A stretch of 64,000 bases of DNA from Octopus sinensis (taxonomy: Eukaryota). The stretch lies in NCBI RefSeq assembly GCF_006345805.1, contig NC_042998.1, positions 173,104,001 to 173,168,000 on the forward strand. The letters run 5' to 3'. Positions 1-13,038 of this stretch are shown one piece after another; within the stretch, counting starts at the first letter, position 1, and every line of letters starts with the position of its first letter. The notes beneath the pieces were generated by a model. The model made no database searches, was not told the origin of the DNA, and worked only from the letters and a program-made list of their open reading frames with translations. Made by a program: the position numbers and the translations under genes.

Positions 1-99
1 AGCTATATATACTTTACCATAGTATTAGTAATTGAGCTATTTTATTTCCTTTTCTATGGTGTCTTGCCCTACTTGATTATTTTATTTCTTTATTATTTT

Positions 100-930
100 A
101 TAATTAGCCTTTTTTTATTTATAAATTAATCTAATTTTTGTATCTCTACAAATTCATACTGAGCTTATATAAAACTATACTGTTATATTCACTATTTATA
201 TAAAAAAACTTTTTAGATTATAATTTTATTAATATATAATTAGCATGTTCCTTTATCTCAATACGCCTTTATTAATACTAGTTTTTACAAATTAATCAAT
301 ATTCACAGATACCATCTGATGGGTTAGTATTTAAGTGTACAATATGCATAAATATTAAACTATTTCTGGAAAATTTCTTTTCCTCCCTCTATTGTGATAA
401 AAGTTTGGTATATACTCAAAAGTATTCATAAATTTCTATCCTTTTGTTATAATATTCTTCTTAATAACCCTAAATTTTAACTGTATACAATATAGCAACA
501 TTGTTTAAAATATTTAACTACAGTACCACATGATAAGACTTTCCCTGTTTCATTATCAATAGTCTGCTAGTGGGCGAACCCCTAAATTATCAGCTAACAT
601 CTTGTTTTAAGTTTTCCCTTACTAAACCTCATGATATTGCTAATAATAAATTTTCATTTTTTATCACTATACCAACTAGAATGTCTGTCTACTCCCTCAC
701 CCTTACTCCTAACAGATACTACCCTCTGTTCTCTCAGGTTTAGATATGCAAGGGATTTGATAAACTAGTCTATGAATTAAAACTGATCCCATAACAACAA
801 GATAATCAGTGACAGGCAGAGTCTGTAACAATCTATATCTTCTTGAAAACTTAGTAACTTCTATGCTGGAGTGAGACAGCATGTTCTTTGTCTATTTCCT
901 TAAATTCTTGGAGATTTTAGGTATAATTAT
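100..930 (-). mobile_element. Highly decayed CR1/L2/Jockey-like LINE reverse transcriptase relic
   Basis: Manual minus-strand translation gives broken motifs in the expected order: VMGSVL (cf. VPQGSVLGP), NLGV (cf. DLGV), LGLLRRIL..LLSIYQTFI (cf. LG.IRR.F..LYKT.VRP). Many stops and frameshifts. Confidence 0.4.
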
Positions 931-1097
931 AAGAATGTGTCCATCTGTTCTAATTTAATTCAATTCTATGTCTTTCTGCAGCAGAAGATTGCTGTGCATT
1001 TTTAATTGATGTAATGATTGCATTGTTCAATGAAATGGAGTTGCATGAAACGATCGTACAGCATAATCTCTGGATATACTTGTTGCTTATTTTAATT

Positions 1098-1155
<58 letters not shown>

Positions 1156-1264
1156 CGTGTGTGTGTGAGAGTGTGTGTGTGTATGTATGTATGTATGTAT
1201 GTATTTATGTATATATATAAATATATGAATGTATGTATATATATATATACATATATATATACAA

Positions 1265-1495
1265 GGCGGTGAGCTGGCAGAAAAGGTAGCACGCCGGGCG
1301 AAATGCGTAGCCGTATTTCGTCTGCCGTTACGTTCTGAGTTCAAATTCCGCCGAGGTCGACTTTGCCTTTCATTCTTTCGGGGTCGATAAATTAAGTACC
1401 AGTTACGCACTGGGGTCGATGGAATCGACTTAATCAGTTTATCTGTCCTTGTTTGTCCCCTCTGTGTTTAGCCCCTTGTGGGTAGTAAAGAAATA
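1265..1495 (+). mobile_element. tRNA-derived SINE, family A (monomer)
   Basis: Head ggcggtgagctggcag, B-box-like gagttcaaattcc, tail gggtagtaaagaaata. At least 7 related copies in the window. Confidence 0.85.
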
Positions 1496-1506
1496 TATAT
1501 ATATAC

Positions 1507-1720
1507 AGATCGCCATGTTGATTCGCTAGCTTCTGCACGCATTTTTTTTCTCTCCTTGTTTCTCTCCGTGTTTCTTTTCTGTGTATCTTTCTGTTGAAGA
1601 GCGTAGGCTCGAAACGTAAAAGCCTTTTTTATATTTATATTCCTGAGCGCCATACTAATACAATTGTTTGTTTGTATTCCACCTGTCTTCATCCTTTGTT
1701 TATTTTCATAAAGCTTCCCG

Positions 1721-1723
<3 letters not shown>
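1507..1723 (+). mobile_element. Short TA-flanked repeat family R1 (probable Penelope pLTR derivative) carrying a hammerhead-like motif
   Basis: Near-identical reverse-complement copies at 47125-47313 and 57038-57258, all embedded in (TA)n. Confidence 0.7.
1586..1622 (+). ncRNA. Candidate minimal type I hammerhead ribozyme (core CUGUUGA, A6U variant)
   Basis: tcttt-ctgttga-a-gagc(gtag)gctc-gaaa-cg-ta-aaag: stem I, core, stem II, GAAA, palindromic stem III and GUA cleavage triplet in the correct order. Confidence 0.55.
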
Positions 1724-1759
<36 letters not shown>

Positions 1760-1830
1760 ACCACAAAATTTACAGTTCAGTCTTTGTTCATTGTTTTACT
1801 TTGGCAAGTTCATTTTCAAATTCATCAAGA

Positions 1831-1920
1831 AAACACTTGTCTAAGTTGCGAGTCAGTGGAACTGGACCCGGAACCATGTGATTGGGAAGCATACTTCTTA
1901 CCATACGGCCATTCCTGCAC
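1831..1920 (-). mobile_element. SINE family D head fragment
   Basis: Reverse complement matches the head of the copy at 38701 (cacatggttccggg...cagt...ggcaagtgt). Confidence 0.6.
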
Positions 1921-2059
1921 AATTTCGTAGAATAATTCTTCCTCTATAACAAAGGTATTACTCGATGTGGTCTCTATTGAAAGCCATGCAACTGCGCCAT
2001 TACTGAACTCAAATTTGGAATTCACTTTCAAAAAATTCCGGTGTGCACTTTTGTACCCA

Positions 2060-2990
2060 CTTCTTTTCAACCAATTTTACATCATCGGTCTCACAAATTG
2101 ATTGTTCCCTCAATTGCCTTTCAATTGGCCGTAACAGGTGGATATCGTTGATTGTCATTCCAGAATGGATGGGAAACAAATGACCAACCCAATTTGCCGT
2201 TTTCCTGATTCACAGCCAAATGTGCGCTTCGTTATGCATTACTATGGTTTAAATGAGCCACTTGCAGAGTCCTGCTCGGTTTCCTTTTCCTAATAGGCCT
2301 TACGAGTGTCTCAATGTAACGTTCGTTGTTCACGGTACAGGTACGTCCCAGAAAACCAATAAGAATGATGTCTTTGAAATGCCAAAAACAGGAAATACTG
2401 TTAGTGTAACTTCTAGTCGATCACTTGCTCTTGAACTCTCAGACCATGCCGAAGAGATACGCTGAAATTTCGTTGGGTAAGACTTTGTCTTCATATCATA
2501 AAAATATGATCACATTTCATTACTTGCCACAAGATCGGAAAAGATGTAACTACCTTTGCTTCAAACGCTTCTAGCAGACGAGAGAAAACTTCCAGGTTCT
2601 CTCCCTCAAATTGGATGTCAACTGTCGAGGTACCTAGATTTGGACACATTTTTATGTCCGAAATCTTTCCCTAACCTCTGTAATGTAGTTTTAGCCAATC
2701 CCGTTCTATGACAAGCTCATATACTGTGACTCGTCCGTCAGTGCGAATCAGTTCATCTGTTCACAGTCAATTTATATGAATGACAGCAGTTGATAGTCTT
2801 TCACTGTGTGTAATTTCTTCAATGCTGGTTTCCTCTTTAAACGTCATATATTGCGCTTGTTGCTCTTGTCATTGGCGTCTATCATCTACAAAGGAGCTTC
2901 AGTCTTCTACAAATGTCGGAACAGCCTAAATCCCCCGTCATCAAGAACGCAACGTCCTTACTTCTCCCTGAAACTCATTACATGACTACA
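2060..2990 (-). mobile_element. Decayed mariner (IS630-Tc1-mariner) transposase
   Basis: Minus-strand translation: ELIRTDGRVTVYEL, VPRQLT, VTLTVF, NNERYIETL, KLGWSFVSHP. Multiple stops. Confidence 0.7.
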
Positions 2991-3178
2991 AAGAAAAAGA
3001 ACAAGAAGGAGAGCTACCGCAGAGGAAGATTTACCCTAACAGTGGGTATACTTTGAACGACTTATGTCAGCTCACAAAAGGTGCACTACGTTTTGCATTA
3101 CTCTCAGTACAAATCTTCTATGTATTCCAGAAAAAAATGAAGATCTTTTACGAAATGTTTAAATCTATCTTCTCCACT

Positions 3179-3345
<167 letters not shown>

Positions 3346-3906
3346 ATATGTATATATACATACATATATCGCAAGGAAAGATCTTTACTCCAATTGATAA
3401 TATAATTGACTTTATCATAATTCTTCACGTACATGTGTGTGTGTGTGTTGTGCGTGTGTGTGTATGAGTGTGTGCGCGCGCGTGAGGAATTATGATAAGC
3501 TCATTTTAATATCACTTTTTTCCCCCTCGGTACGCTTCACCATCTAGGTTATTCGCATTGGATATTCCTAGTGCAATCGGATGTTAAATCACAATAGATC
3601 ATCAGGGGAACATTTAATTGCACGCTGTTACACAAATCAAATGTGTGTGTATGTGTGTGTGTGTGTGCATGCGGAGTGTTTATGTGTATATAATCAATCC
3701 ATTTATATTAAGCAAATGCAATAGTGAGATCTGCAGATATTAATTTTCTATTTTTTTAATTCTTTTCTTAAGGTGAATGTGGTATTAAGGTTTCGTGAAT
3801 ACTAGTGACAAAATGTTTTCTTGAGTTATAATACTTAACTCATTTATACCTAGAAAATATAGTAAACCTAGGGTGAGGTCACCCATGTACAGGTATTATT
3901 ATGAAA

Positions 3907-4136
3907 GGCGGACACTGGCAGAAACATTAGCACGCCGGGCAAAATGCTTAACATAATTTCGTCTGCCGCTACGTTCTGAGTTCATATTCCCCCGAGGTTG
4001 ACTTTGCCTTTCATCCTTTCGGGGTCAATAAATTAAGTACCAGTTACGCACTGGGGTCGATATAATCGACTTAATGCGTTTGTTTGTCCTTGTTTGTCTC
4101 CTCTATGTTTAGCCCCTTGTGGGTAGTAAAGAAATA
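3907..4136 (+). mobile_element. SINE family A with 15-bp target-site duplication
   Basis: Flanked by ggtattattatgaaa (3892-3906) and ggtattgttatgaaa (4137-4151). Confidence 0.85.
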
Positions 4137-4284
4137 GGTATTGTTATGAAACGCTTTGCTAATACGTAAGAAATGATTTTACATTTTTACATGCTCACAT
4201 GCTAAAAGGTGATACTCATATGGTTACGTAAGCGTGGTTTGATCTTGATCACTCCGGTGTTCTTTCATGTGTTAAAGCGTAAAC

Positions 4285-5091
4285 ATGGTCGCTCCGCTGG
4301 TTGTATGCACTGAGGAAGCACAGAAACCAGTGATCCAATTGTTCTGATGTAACGGAAAGTCTGTACGTGATGGATCCTAAGACAGGTTACCGAAGCGCAT
4401 AAATACCATAATGTGGAGATTTGTTAAGTAATTTGGAGCAAGACTACAAACAGGAGATGGGTACTAGGTTCATCATTTTGAGCCAGAATCCAAAAGCCAG
4501 TGTATGGAGTGGAAAAACACGGAATCACCCGCAATAAAGTCATTCAAGGCTAAATCTTGCGCAGAAAAAGTAATTCTAACCGTTTTAGCGGACGCAAAAA
4601 GGCCTATACTACTGGAAAATGGGTCTACAGGCAACAGTTTAGGCTACAGAGAAATGCAGGCCAACAAACCGAAACCGGCAATTTGCACCAAACACCGAGG
4701 TCTATTGTTAAAGTGTTATTGTTGCACAACAATTAACGCCCACGTACAGGTACCCACATCGTTGGAAACATTGAAAAATTGGATTATGACTGCAAGCAGT
4801 CGAGATGTCGCGCCCCACCACTATCAACGCTTCGGTTTACTCAAACTTCCTTATGGAATCGCCAATTTGTTACAGACGAAGAAATGCAAGAAGTGCTGCA
4901 TAAATGGCCGCGCGGCCAGTTTAAAGAAAACTTCTCCGATAGAAGGAGCAGGATTGTGGACTGTTGGAAGTGCAACGAAAAGCAAGGAAACTACCAAAAT
5001 ATGAGGAATATGATGTAATTATTCTACTCCTGCCTTTGTTTTTATAAATTACAGTAACAAGAGCCCATTTAATTGTTGACTTACCATCGTA
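4285..5091 (+). mobile_element. Internally deleted mariner transposase relic with right TIR
   Basis: N-terminus MVAPLVVCTEEAQKPVI; HHFEPESK..MEWK..SPAIKSFK..AEKVILTV (ORF 4504-5004). TIR-like end ttgacttaccatcgta at about 5075-5091. Confidence 0.75.
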
Positions 5092-5172
5092 TACATATAT
5101 AAGTACATACATACATACATATATGTGTGTGTATATATATATATATATATGCACACACATTTATGTATATAT

Positions 5173-5238
<66 letters not shown>

Positions 5239-5264
5239 CATGCATATATACATGCATACATACA

Positions 5265-5296
<32 letters not shown>

Positions 5297-5299
5297 CAC

Positions 5300-5672
5300 A
5301 TAAGTAGAAAATGGAGAAAACTTCTGATCAACAAAGAAATTGACCAACACCGGTTATTTTATATTACAGAACATAACATTGCTTACGGCCGTTTCGGCAT
5401 CATCTTGAGGCCCTTTTGTTTCCTCTTCCCTTTTACCTTCTTCTATTTTATGTATTTGCATTTTATGTATTTGTATTTGATGAAGCTCCATGTACGAGAT
5501 CGAATGTGCTATAAAGATGGCGAATATTATTTTCGGAATTTTCCTTATAGGCACCGACTGACATTGGCAGCCGAAAAGGCCGAAAGCAATGCTATGTTTT
5601 GTATTGAAAAATAATTTTAACCGATGTTGGTCAAATTTGTTAGTTTGTTGATCAGAAGTTTTCTCCGTTTTC
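5300..5672. repeat. Short element with about 100-bp imperfect inverted termini (probable PLE pLTR derivative)
   Basis: gagaaaacttctgatcaacaaa...gaccaacaccggtta...gcttacggccgtttcggc on the left is mirrored by gccgaaaaggccgaaagc...taaccgatgttggtc...ttgttgatcagaagttttctc on the right. Confidence 0.6.
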
Positions 5673-5849
5673 TGCTTATTTTGAATTTGATTTCTGATAA
5701 ACTTGTTTTTATTCTGTTATTACTTGTACCCTACGAGCATAGTGCGCTTGCATACCCATGACAAGGGTTATCATAAATAATTGATACGGTGGTAAGAACG
5801 GATAGTCTTATCACTTAGAAGGTTATTCCAACCGCTAACTCTGCTTACC

Positions 5850-5890
<41 letters not shown>

Positions 5891-6472
5891 CACTGAACGC
5901 CACGCATCCATTTCCAAGTAAGTTTATCTGAATAATTTCGATGCAACTCTATCTTGTGGAGTACTCTTTTCTTCCCTTCTCTCTTTCTCGCTCTTACTCC
6001 TTTACTCTCTCGTTTCTCACACGTGACCATCAACCATCTCTCTTTTCCTAACTTGAGCTTCTTTCTTTCCTTTTGATCTGCAACACAGATCAGACGCATT
6101 CTTGTATGTCTCCTCTCCTATCTTTTCTCCAGTCAAATCTTGTTCCTCCAGCGCTGACCATGTCACCTTGTTATGGCTTAGCAGCCCTTACTATTTGTTT
6201 TCACTGTCCTGCTTTTGTTACCAACTTTGAGCCTCTGCAAATCCCAAATTTTATTTTGCTTTGCGGAAGCAATAGTTTTCTCGAAGGTTCATCTTGTCGC
6301 AATTGCTCGAAATGTGCAGTACATAAACAGCCAACAGCTGATGAAGGGTCGTTCTTATGACACTTGTCTTGCTTCCATTTGTTTTGTTCGCTGTTCGCAT
6401 AAAAAAGTTCATTTTCCATGTTTTCTTATTTCATGTTGTTTACGTTTTATGACGTCCGGTCCTATATATTCA
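5891..6472 (+). repeat. Unclassified interspersed repeat R6 (CT-rich)
   Basis: Diverged homologues at 60763-61395 and, partially, 60520-60677: shared tgaacgcc.cgcatcca..aagtaagtttatct start and shared gatgaagggtcgttct...cttgtc 3' part. Confidence 0.6.
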
Positions 6473-6514
6473 TAGGTATATACATTTATATATATATATA
6501 CATATGCATGTATG

Positions 6515-6552
<38 letters not shown>

Positions 6553-6579
6553 CATATATGTGTATATTCATATCTACAT

Positions 6580-6618
<39 letters not shown>

Positions 6619-6623
<5 letters not shown>

Positions 6624-7455
6624 TTATATATGAGGATAATACCGATATTTAAGTGTCGAAATTATCAAGTGGCCAGCATGAAAGAAATACCTTACAAAGG
6701 TAAAAAAAATTTAAAAAATTAAAAATGAGGGTGTCTAAAAGACACCAACATGCCGAAATAGCAGTCGAAACTCTGACTATAAAACCACGTTAAATGTTCA
6801 CATTGCACCATGAGGTAAAGCGGAGGGACAAAACATACAAGCAAAAATTATGAATAATTCATGATCCAAGGATTCTGGTTCTGCTTTAGATAAGCTTTAC
6901 CGTCATCAATTGAACATATCAAGGGTACATAATACAGATACATATGCACAGCAAACGATATACTTACATATACGAGCGTCGTACATACATACATATGCAC
7001 GTATGGACACAGCCAGTTTGAATCGCCCGCCAAATCACCGCATAAGTACGATATGGTAAAAATAAGCACCGCAGTGAATATAATAACGAATTATATAAAT
7101 TTATATATGAGGATAATACCGATATTTAAGTGTCGAAATTATCAAGTGGCCAGCATGAAAGAAATACCTTACAAAGGTAAAAAAATTTTTAACAATTAAA
7201 AATGAGGGTGTCTAAAAGACACCAACATGCCGAAATAGCAGTCGAAACTCTGACTATAAAACCACGTTAAGTGTTCACATCGCACCATGAGGTAAAGCGG
7301 AGGGACAAAACATACAAGCAAAAATTATTGAATAATTCAAGATCCAAGGATTTCTGGTTCTGCTTTAGATAAGCTTTACCGTCATCAATTGAATATATCA
7401 AGGGTACATAAATACAGATACATATATGCACAGCAAACGATATACTTACATATAC
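6619..7455 (+). repeat. Local direct duplication (about 355-bp units, 477-bp period)
   Basis: 6619-6973 and 7096-7455 are near-identical (taaatttatatatgaggataataccg...tatacttacatatac). Confidence 0.9.
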
Positions 7456-7675
7456 ATATACATACACATACACACACACGCACATGTGCACAAAGGAAGA
7501 CGTATTCTCATCTTTCGTGTATGTATAGGATGGCATTGTCAAGGGTTTCCTTTCGTGACTTTCAAAAGAATGGTCGGAACTTAGAAGACACCGTTATATG
7601 AAAGTAAGTTAGTTTCTTCTTGTAATAATTTAACAATATTTCTGTCATTTGTTTAAAATAATTTTTTATATAGCA

Positions 7676-8071
7676 CTAGCAGTATCGCCCGGCGTTGCTC
7701 GGGTTTGTAAGGGAAATAACTCTATAAGCATTTTTAGAGTTATAGCCAAAAAATAGTAAAAAGATGCATTAAAAATGGAAAAAAAATTATGGTAAATTTT
7801 TTTTTAAATCGTTGACTCGTAGACATTTTTAGAGAGTTACTTCCCTTATATAATAGCGAAAAATGCATTAAAATGGAAAAAGATGATGGTAATTTTTTTT
7901 AAAACTCGTAGACTCATCGTAGACGCGCGCTAATACCCAGACGGGCTCGATATGAATCACGACTATAAGATACCCGAATTTGGTTAAACTGCACCGCAAA
8001 ATGTGGGAGTAGTTAGGAATCTAAATCGTAGGAGACAAACACTCACACAACTTCACTTTTATATATAAAGA
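7676..8071 (-). mobile_element. Non-autonomous Helitron
   Basis: Minus strand reads A|TC...cccgagcaacgccgggcgatactgCTAG|T: canonical termini, 3' GC hairpin and AT target. Confidence 0.75.
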
Positions 8072-8474
8072 TTATTTGCATGGCAGCGTATGTTAGAATG
8101 GCAAGCAGAAGTGAAAAATAAGTGAATCAAATTTGAAAGACGAAAACTGAAAGTACGAAACGTGTTGTACACTGAAAATATAAGTTGTGCAGTGTGACTT
8201 TTGAGTTTTTGAAGAAAACAGTGTTCACATTGAGCAATAAAGGCAACTTTTTATGAAAACATATTTACTTGGAATTTTTCCGATTTTAATATAATTTCAG
8301 TTTGATCCGAAATTGTTGCTTACAGCCTTCCTTACATGTATACGCATAGTTTACGATCGCTATATAAATCACGTATATAACTGTGGTAAAATATCATATA
8401 GAAAATGGCACGTCTGTTCGAATCCTTTACAAATTATTCATGTTGCATAAAGTATCAAAATATTGATTTCATAT

Positions 8475-8672
8475 TTTGGCACAAGGCCAGCAATTTCGTT
8501 GGAGGGACTAAATCTTTTTCATCGAACCCACTGCTAAACTGGTGCTTATTTTATCTACACCGAAATGATGAAAGCCAAAGTTGACTTCTCCGAAATTTAA
8601 AATGAGAACGTAGAAACTGACAAAACGTCGCTAAGCGTTTTCCCCGGCATGCAAACGATTCTGATCGCACGC
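8475..8672 (-). mobile_element. Degenerate SINE family A/B
   Basis: ggcacaaggcc...aactggtgcttatttt...gaaagccaaagttgac matches the reverse complement of the family body and tail. Confidence 0.6.
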
Positions 8673-9826
8673 CCCTTTATTCAATAATAATTAAAATTAA
8701 AATATTACCAATCATTTTTATGTCTGATAATGCAAACAACCCCGCGAAACTAACGGGTCACATTGGTAAGGATGCTTTTAAGGATATTAAAACCGTTACT
8801 TCCAAAGCTAAGTGCTATTCAAATTACAGCTTTTTATTTCTACTATTTTTACTGGTGTACTGAATATTTTAGTGAGAGTATTAAAAATAGTTTTGAAATA
8901 ATATTTCTAGTTAATAGAAGAATATATTTACAAAAATATTACATAGCATTGAAAACTGTATATATAATTATCGTATGAGTTTCATGATTATTTCCTAGTT
9001 TCCCAACATTATTTCTCAGTATATTAACATTGCTATTATTTTTCGTTCCACGTTACTTAACATACTGGTAATATGTTACATTTGAACCCGCTTACATTTT
9101 TATTCTCTCACTCACTCACCATTAAATATATTCTTCTATTAACTAGGAAACAAGGTAAAGGTGTGACAAATGCCGCTTCCTGTCATTCTCCTTTTGCTTC
9201 TTCCGTTGTCATGTATTCATTTGATAATATTCCACTTCCACTGTCACGGTTGCGTGACAATACATAAATATACAGTGCTAATTATTAAATACGTACGCTT
9301 CGTCTGGTGTTTGCCTGATTTGCATAGCTTTAGAGTTTAATGTTGCACAGTATCTAGATTTGCTTTTTAATTTTGCTGTTTCTATGCCATATGCTTTTAA
9401 GAACTACTCCTCTCACTCCAATTTTACAAAGTTTTACAAGTTTTCACCTACACAAATCTAAGCTTGCTTGATATTAAAGCAGGATCAGGTTCTTTTCCTT
9501 TTGTTTTGTCATTTAATGACAAAATCACATAAAATTTCCTTGCATCATCTCGGTAATTGCTTTAGCATTATTGGGATGACATACGTAAGTGTCAAATATT
9601 TTGTTTTCACTTAATTTTCACTAATTTCTCAATTTTCTAAATTAATATTGCAAATATTTTCAACTTTCTATAAGTTTATTACAATTAAAATATTTTTATT
9701 GTTACTGGAAGAAACAGCGTCACTCGCGAGCTTTTCTCCCAGTTTTATGCGTATGTATTATATATAGAGACAAAACACAAACGTATATACACAAACACCG
9801 ACACCCACCACACACGGGCGCGCACG

Positions 9827-9863
<37 letters not shown>

Positions 9864-9864
9864 G

Positions 9865-10000
9865 TATATACGGATGAGTGAGTGAATTATGTAAGGAAAA
9901 AAGTACTCTTGATCCAGAGCAGCAGAACTTCCTCCAGGCACTTGATGCAGGTTTCCGTGTTGGGTGAGGCCGTGTGGAAATTGTCTGTCTGCGAATTGTC
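9865..10000 (-). mobile_element. Tc1/maT-like transposase fragment
   Basis: Minus strand NTETCIKCLEEVLLLWIK resembles the Tc1-like NT..YIKCLEEVVLPWIK segment. Short. Confidence 0.35.
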
Positions 10001-10529
10001 TGCTCGCACTATCAAACAGTGCGTACGCATCAGCATACTTATGCCTTCAACTCTCAGCCACACGTCAGGTTACATGCATGCGGAGCCACACAGCAATAAT
10101 AGATACACACATATACGTATCGGACACTCATGCACTCATACAGTTGGTATAAACACACACGCACACACACGCACACACACACACACACACACACGTACAC
10201 ATACACGTGCACAAATACATGTCACCCATAGATCTGATATAACACAAGTCCCTTCAAAGATCCGCCAGAAAGTAGGGCGCCAACAGCTTTCTGCCGAATC
10301 ACGTGGAAATTCTCCTTCTTAATAACATCTGGTGTCACTGGAATTTCGGTTTCACTTCTAATAACACAATGTGACTTGCCTTGTATTCCAGTTTCCGTTA
10401 ATCATCTTTGACATCCTGTGTCTCTATGCAGCATGAGGATCAAGGTTTCTATTAGGATTCTACGAAGCTTTAAGATGCATGGTGCAAACTACAAAATATT
10501 GCCCCCAAAAGTGGAGAAATTGACAACTA

Positions 10530-10910
10530 CATTTGTCAAGTATGCAAAATATTGGGGCATGAAGGGGAAAACAAAACTAGTAATAAAAATTGGAGCATTG
10601 GGCATGATGAAAACAATTGAACAAAAATATAGGAGCTATAGTGAGACCCTCAACACGACACACTATCCAAAGAATAGCCCTACTAGGGATAGCCCACATC
10701 GTACGCAAGTCACTATCAATTCAATAATACAACACAATCCACAAACATAAGACACACTGTACATAACGAATATACAATAAAATAAGCACCAACCAGCAGG
10801 CCTCTAATCCCACGAAAGACTGTAACTAGACGCCATAACAAAACAAACTAACGCAACACTATTAACAGTCAGCTGAAATAAAGTTATAATGAAATGAAAC
10901 CATAAATGAC
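10530..10910 (+). mobile_element. R4/Dong-clade non-LTR retrotransposon 3' fragment (subfamily C)
   Basis: IGALGMMK and IQRIALLGIAHIVRKSLSIQ* (homologous to the end of ORF 11543-12358), then a 3' UTR ending at (TAA)n. Confidence 0.7.
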
Positions 10911-10911
10911 G

Positions 10912-10978
<67 letters not shown>

Positions 10979-11253
10979 TAACGATTTAAAGAGAGGAATA
11001 CGAAGGTTGTAGTCAATGAAGAGAGTACACATGATACCAATAGTCATTGTCGCACTTGGAAGTATCAGCACTCAACTACCTACATGTCTGAAAAAGATCG
11101 GTACAAGTGTGAAGGTAGAACACTTAAAAACTCAGCATTGCTTGGAACTGCAAGAATTCTTTGCAAGGTTCTTGAAGAATTATCAGTAAACAAGTGTCTG
11201 TGGACAACTGACACTTCAAATCACGCCAAGCAAAAATAAGCTGTCAGTTTTCA
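10979..11253 (+). mobile_element. R4/Dong 3' fragment (subfamily B)
   Basis: NDLKRGIRRL..MIPIVIVALGSISTQL..SALLGTARILCKVLE, flanked by (TAA)n. Confidence 0.7.
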
Positions 11254-11272
11254 TATTATAATAATAATAATA

Positions 11273-11310
<38 letters not shown>

Positions 11311-11397
11311 GTAGTAGTAGTAGTAGTAGTAATAATAATAATAATAATAATATAATAATAATAATAATAATAGTAATAATAATAATAATAATAATAA

Positions 11398-11438
<41 letters not shown>

Positions 11439-11518
11439 TGATAATAATAATAATAATAAAATAATAATAATAATAATAATGATGATAATAATAATAATAA
11501 GAAGAAGAAGAAGAAGAA

Positions 11519-12452
11519 GAAACAACAAAAGCTATAAAACAAATGAAATCCAAACTAAAAATAGAACAGCAACGAACCATGATAAAACGATGGCAAGAAA
11601 AGCCCCTTCATGGTAAATACTGGACTAAACTAAACGCAAAAGAAATAGACAAAGAAAAATCCCAGCAATGCTTGAGAAGCTCAGGACTCAAAGCAGAGAC
11701 AGAGGGATTTTTAATTGCAGCACAAGACCAAAGCCTCCCCACCAGAAATTACCAAAAACTTGTAATGAAAAGAAATATTACAAGTAACTGCAGAATATGT
11801 GGAGATGGACAAGAAACAATAAATCATATTATCTCTAGCTGCCCAGTCCTGGTTAAGAAGGAATATATTCACAGACATGACAGAGTTGTAACCTACATAC
11901 ATTGGAAGCTATGCCAACATTATGGAATAACAACAGAAAAAAGATGGTATAGGCACACACCAGAAAAGGTCACAGAAAACGAGAAAGCAACCATACTCTG
12001 GGATATGCCGATACACACAGATAGAGAAATTAAGGCCAACAGACCAGATATAATTGTCAGAGATCATGAAGAAAAAAAATGCTTTCTAATTGATGTATCA
12101 ATACCGGCAGATGACAACGTGTCTCTAAAAGAAATGGAGAAACTCTCAAAATACAAAGACCTGGAAATAGAGGTAACCAGAATGTGGAATCTGAAAACAG
12201 AAACAATTCCTATCATAGTAGGTGCATTAGGCATGATAAAAAAATATTCAGACAAATACATAACAAAAACACCAGGACTTACAAACACATACAACATACA
12301 GAAAATTGCACTACTAGGCACTGCACACATCCTACGCAGAACACTTTCCATACAATAACCATCAGAGCATCACAACAAATTACAGCACATACCCTAGGCA
12401 CACAGAGCTGCGCTCGGTAGTGAAGTGAAAGCACGCTATAAAAATAAAACTA

Positions 12453-12458
<6 letters not shown>
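11519..12458 (+). mobile_element. R4/Dong 5'-truncated copy (subfamily A) with intact CCHC knuckle and restriction-like endonuclease
   Basis: ORF 11543-12358: CRICG..ETINHIISSC, RHDRV, ILWD, NRPDII, IDVSIP, EKLSKYKDL. Preceded by (GAA)n and followed by (TAA)n. Confidence 0.9.
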
Positions 12459-12504
<46 letters not shown>

Positions 12505-12538
12505 TAATAATAATATAATAATAATATATAATAATAAT

Positions 12539-12826
12539 AACGATTTAAAGAGAGAAATACGAAGGTTGTAGTCAATGAAGAGAGTACACATGATACCAAT
12601 AGTCATTGTCGCACTTGGAAGTATCAGCACTCAACTACCTACATGTCTGAAAAAGATCGGTACAAGTGTGAAGTAGAACACTTAAAAACTCAGCATTGCT
12701 TGGAACTGCAAGAATTCTTTGCAAGGTTCTTGAAGAATTATCAGTAAACAAGTGTCACCTTAGTCTACTGGCTGTGGACAACTGACACTTCAAATCACGC
12801 CAAGCAAAAATAAGCTGTCAGTTTTC

Positions 12827-12827
<1 letters not shown>
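12539..12827 (+). mobile_element. R4/Dong 3' fragment B, second copy
   Basis: Same truncation point as 10979-11253. Confidence 0.7.
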
Positions 12828-12906
<79 letters not shown>

Positions 12907-13038
12907 GTAATAATAATAATAATAATAATAAAATAATAATAATAATAAAATAATAATAATAATAATAATAATAATAAGAAGAAGAAGAAGAGAAGAAGAA
13001 GAAGAAGAAGAAAAGAAGAAGAAGAAGAAGAAGAAGAA

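Noticed and set aside
1-960. AT-rich start resembling a mitochondrial insertion (NUMT)
   Set aside because: No mitochondrial gene motifs found. The minus strand fits a decayed LINE RT better.
5380-5425. Hammerhead on the minus strand (ctcaaga...gaaacggccgta)
   Set aside because: The palindromic stem III is present, but the core is mutated and stems I and II do not pair.
6320-6370. CTGATGA in repeat R6 as a hammerhead core
   Set aside because: No GAAA follows the putative stem II in any of the three copies.
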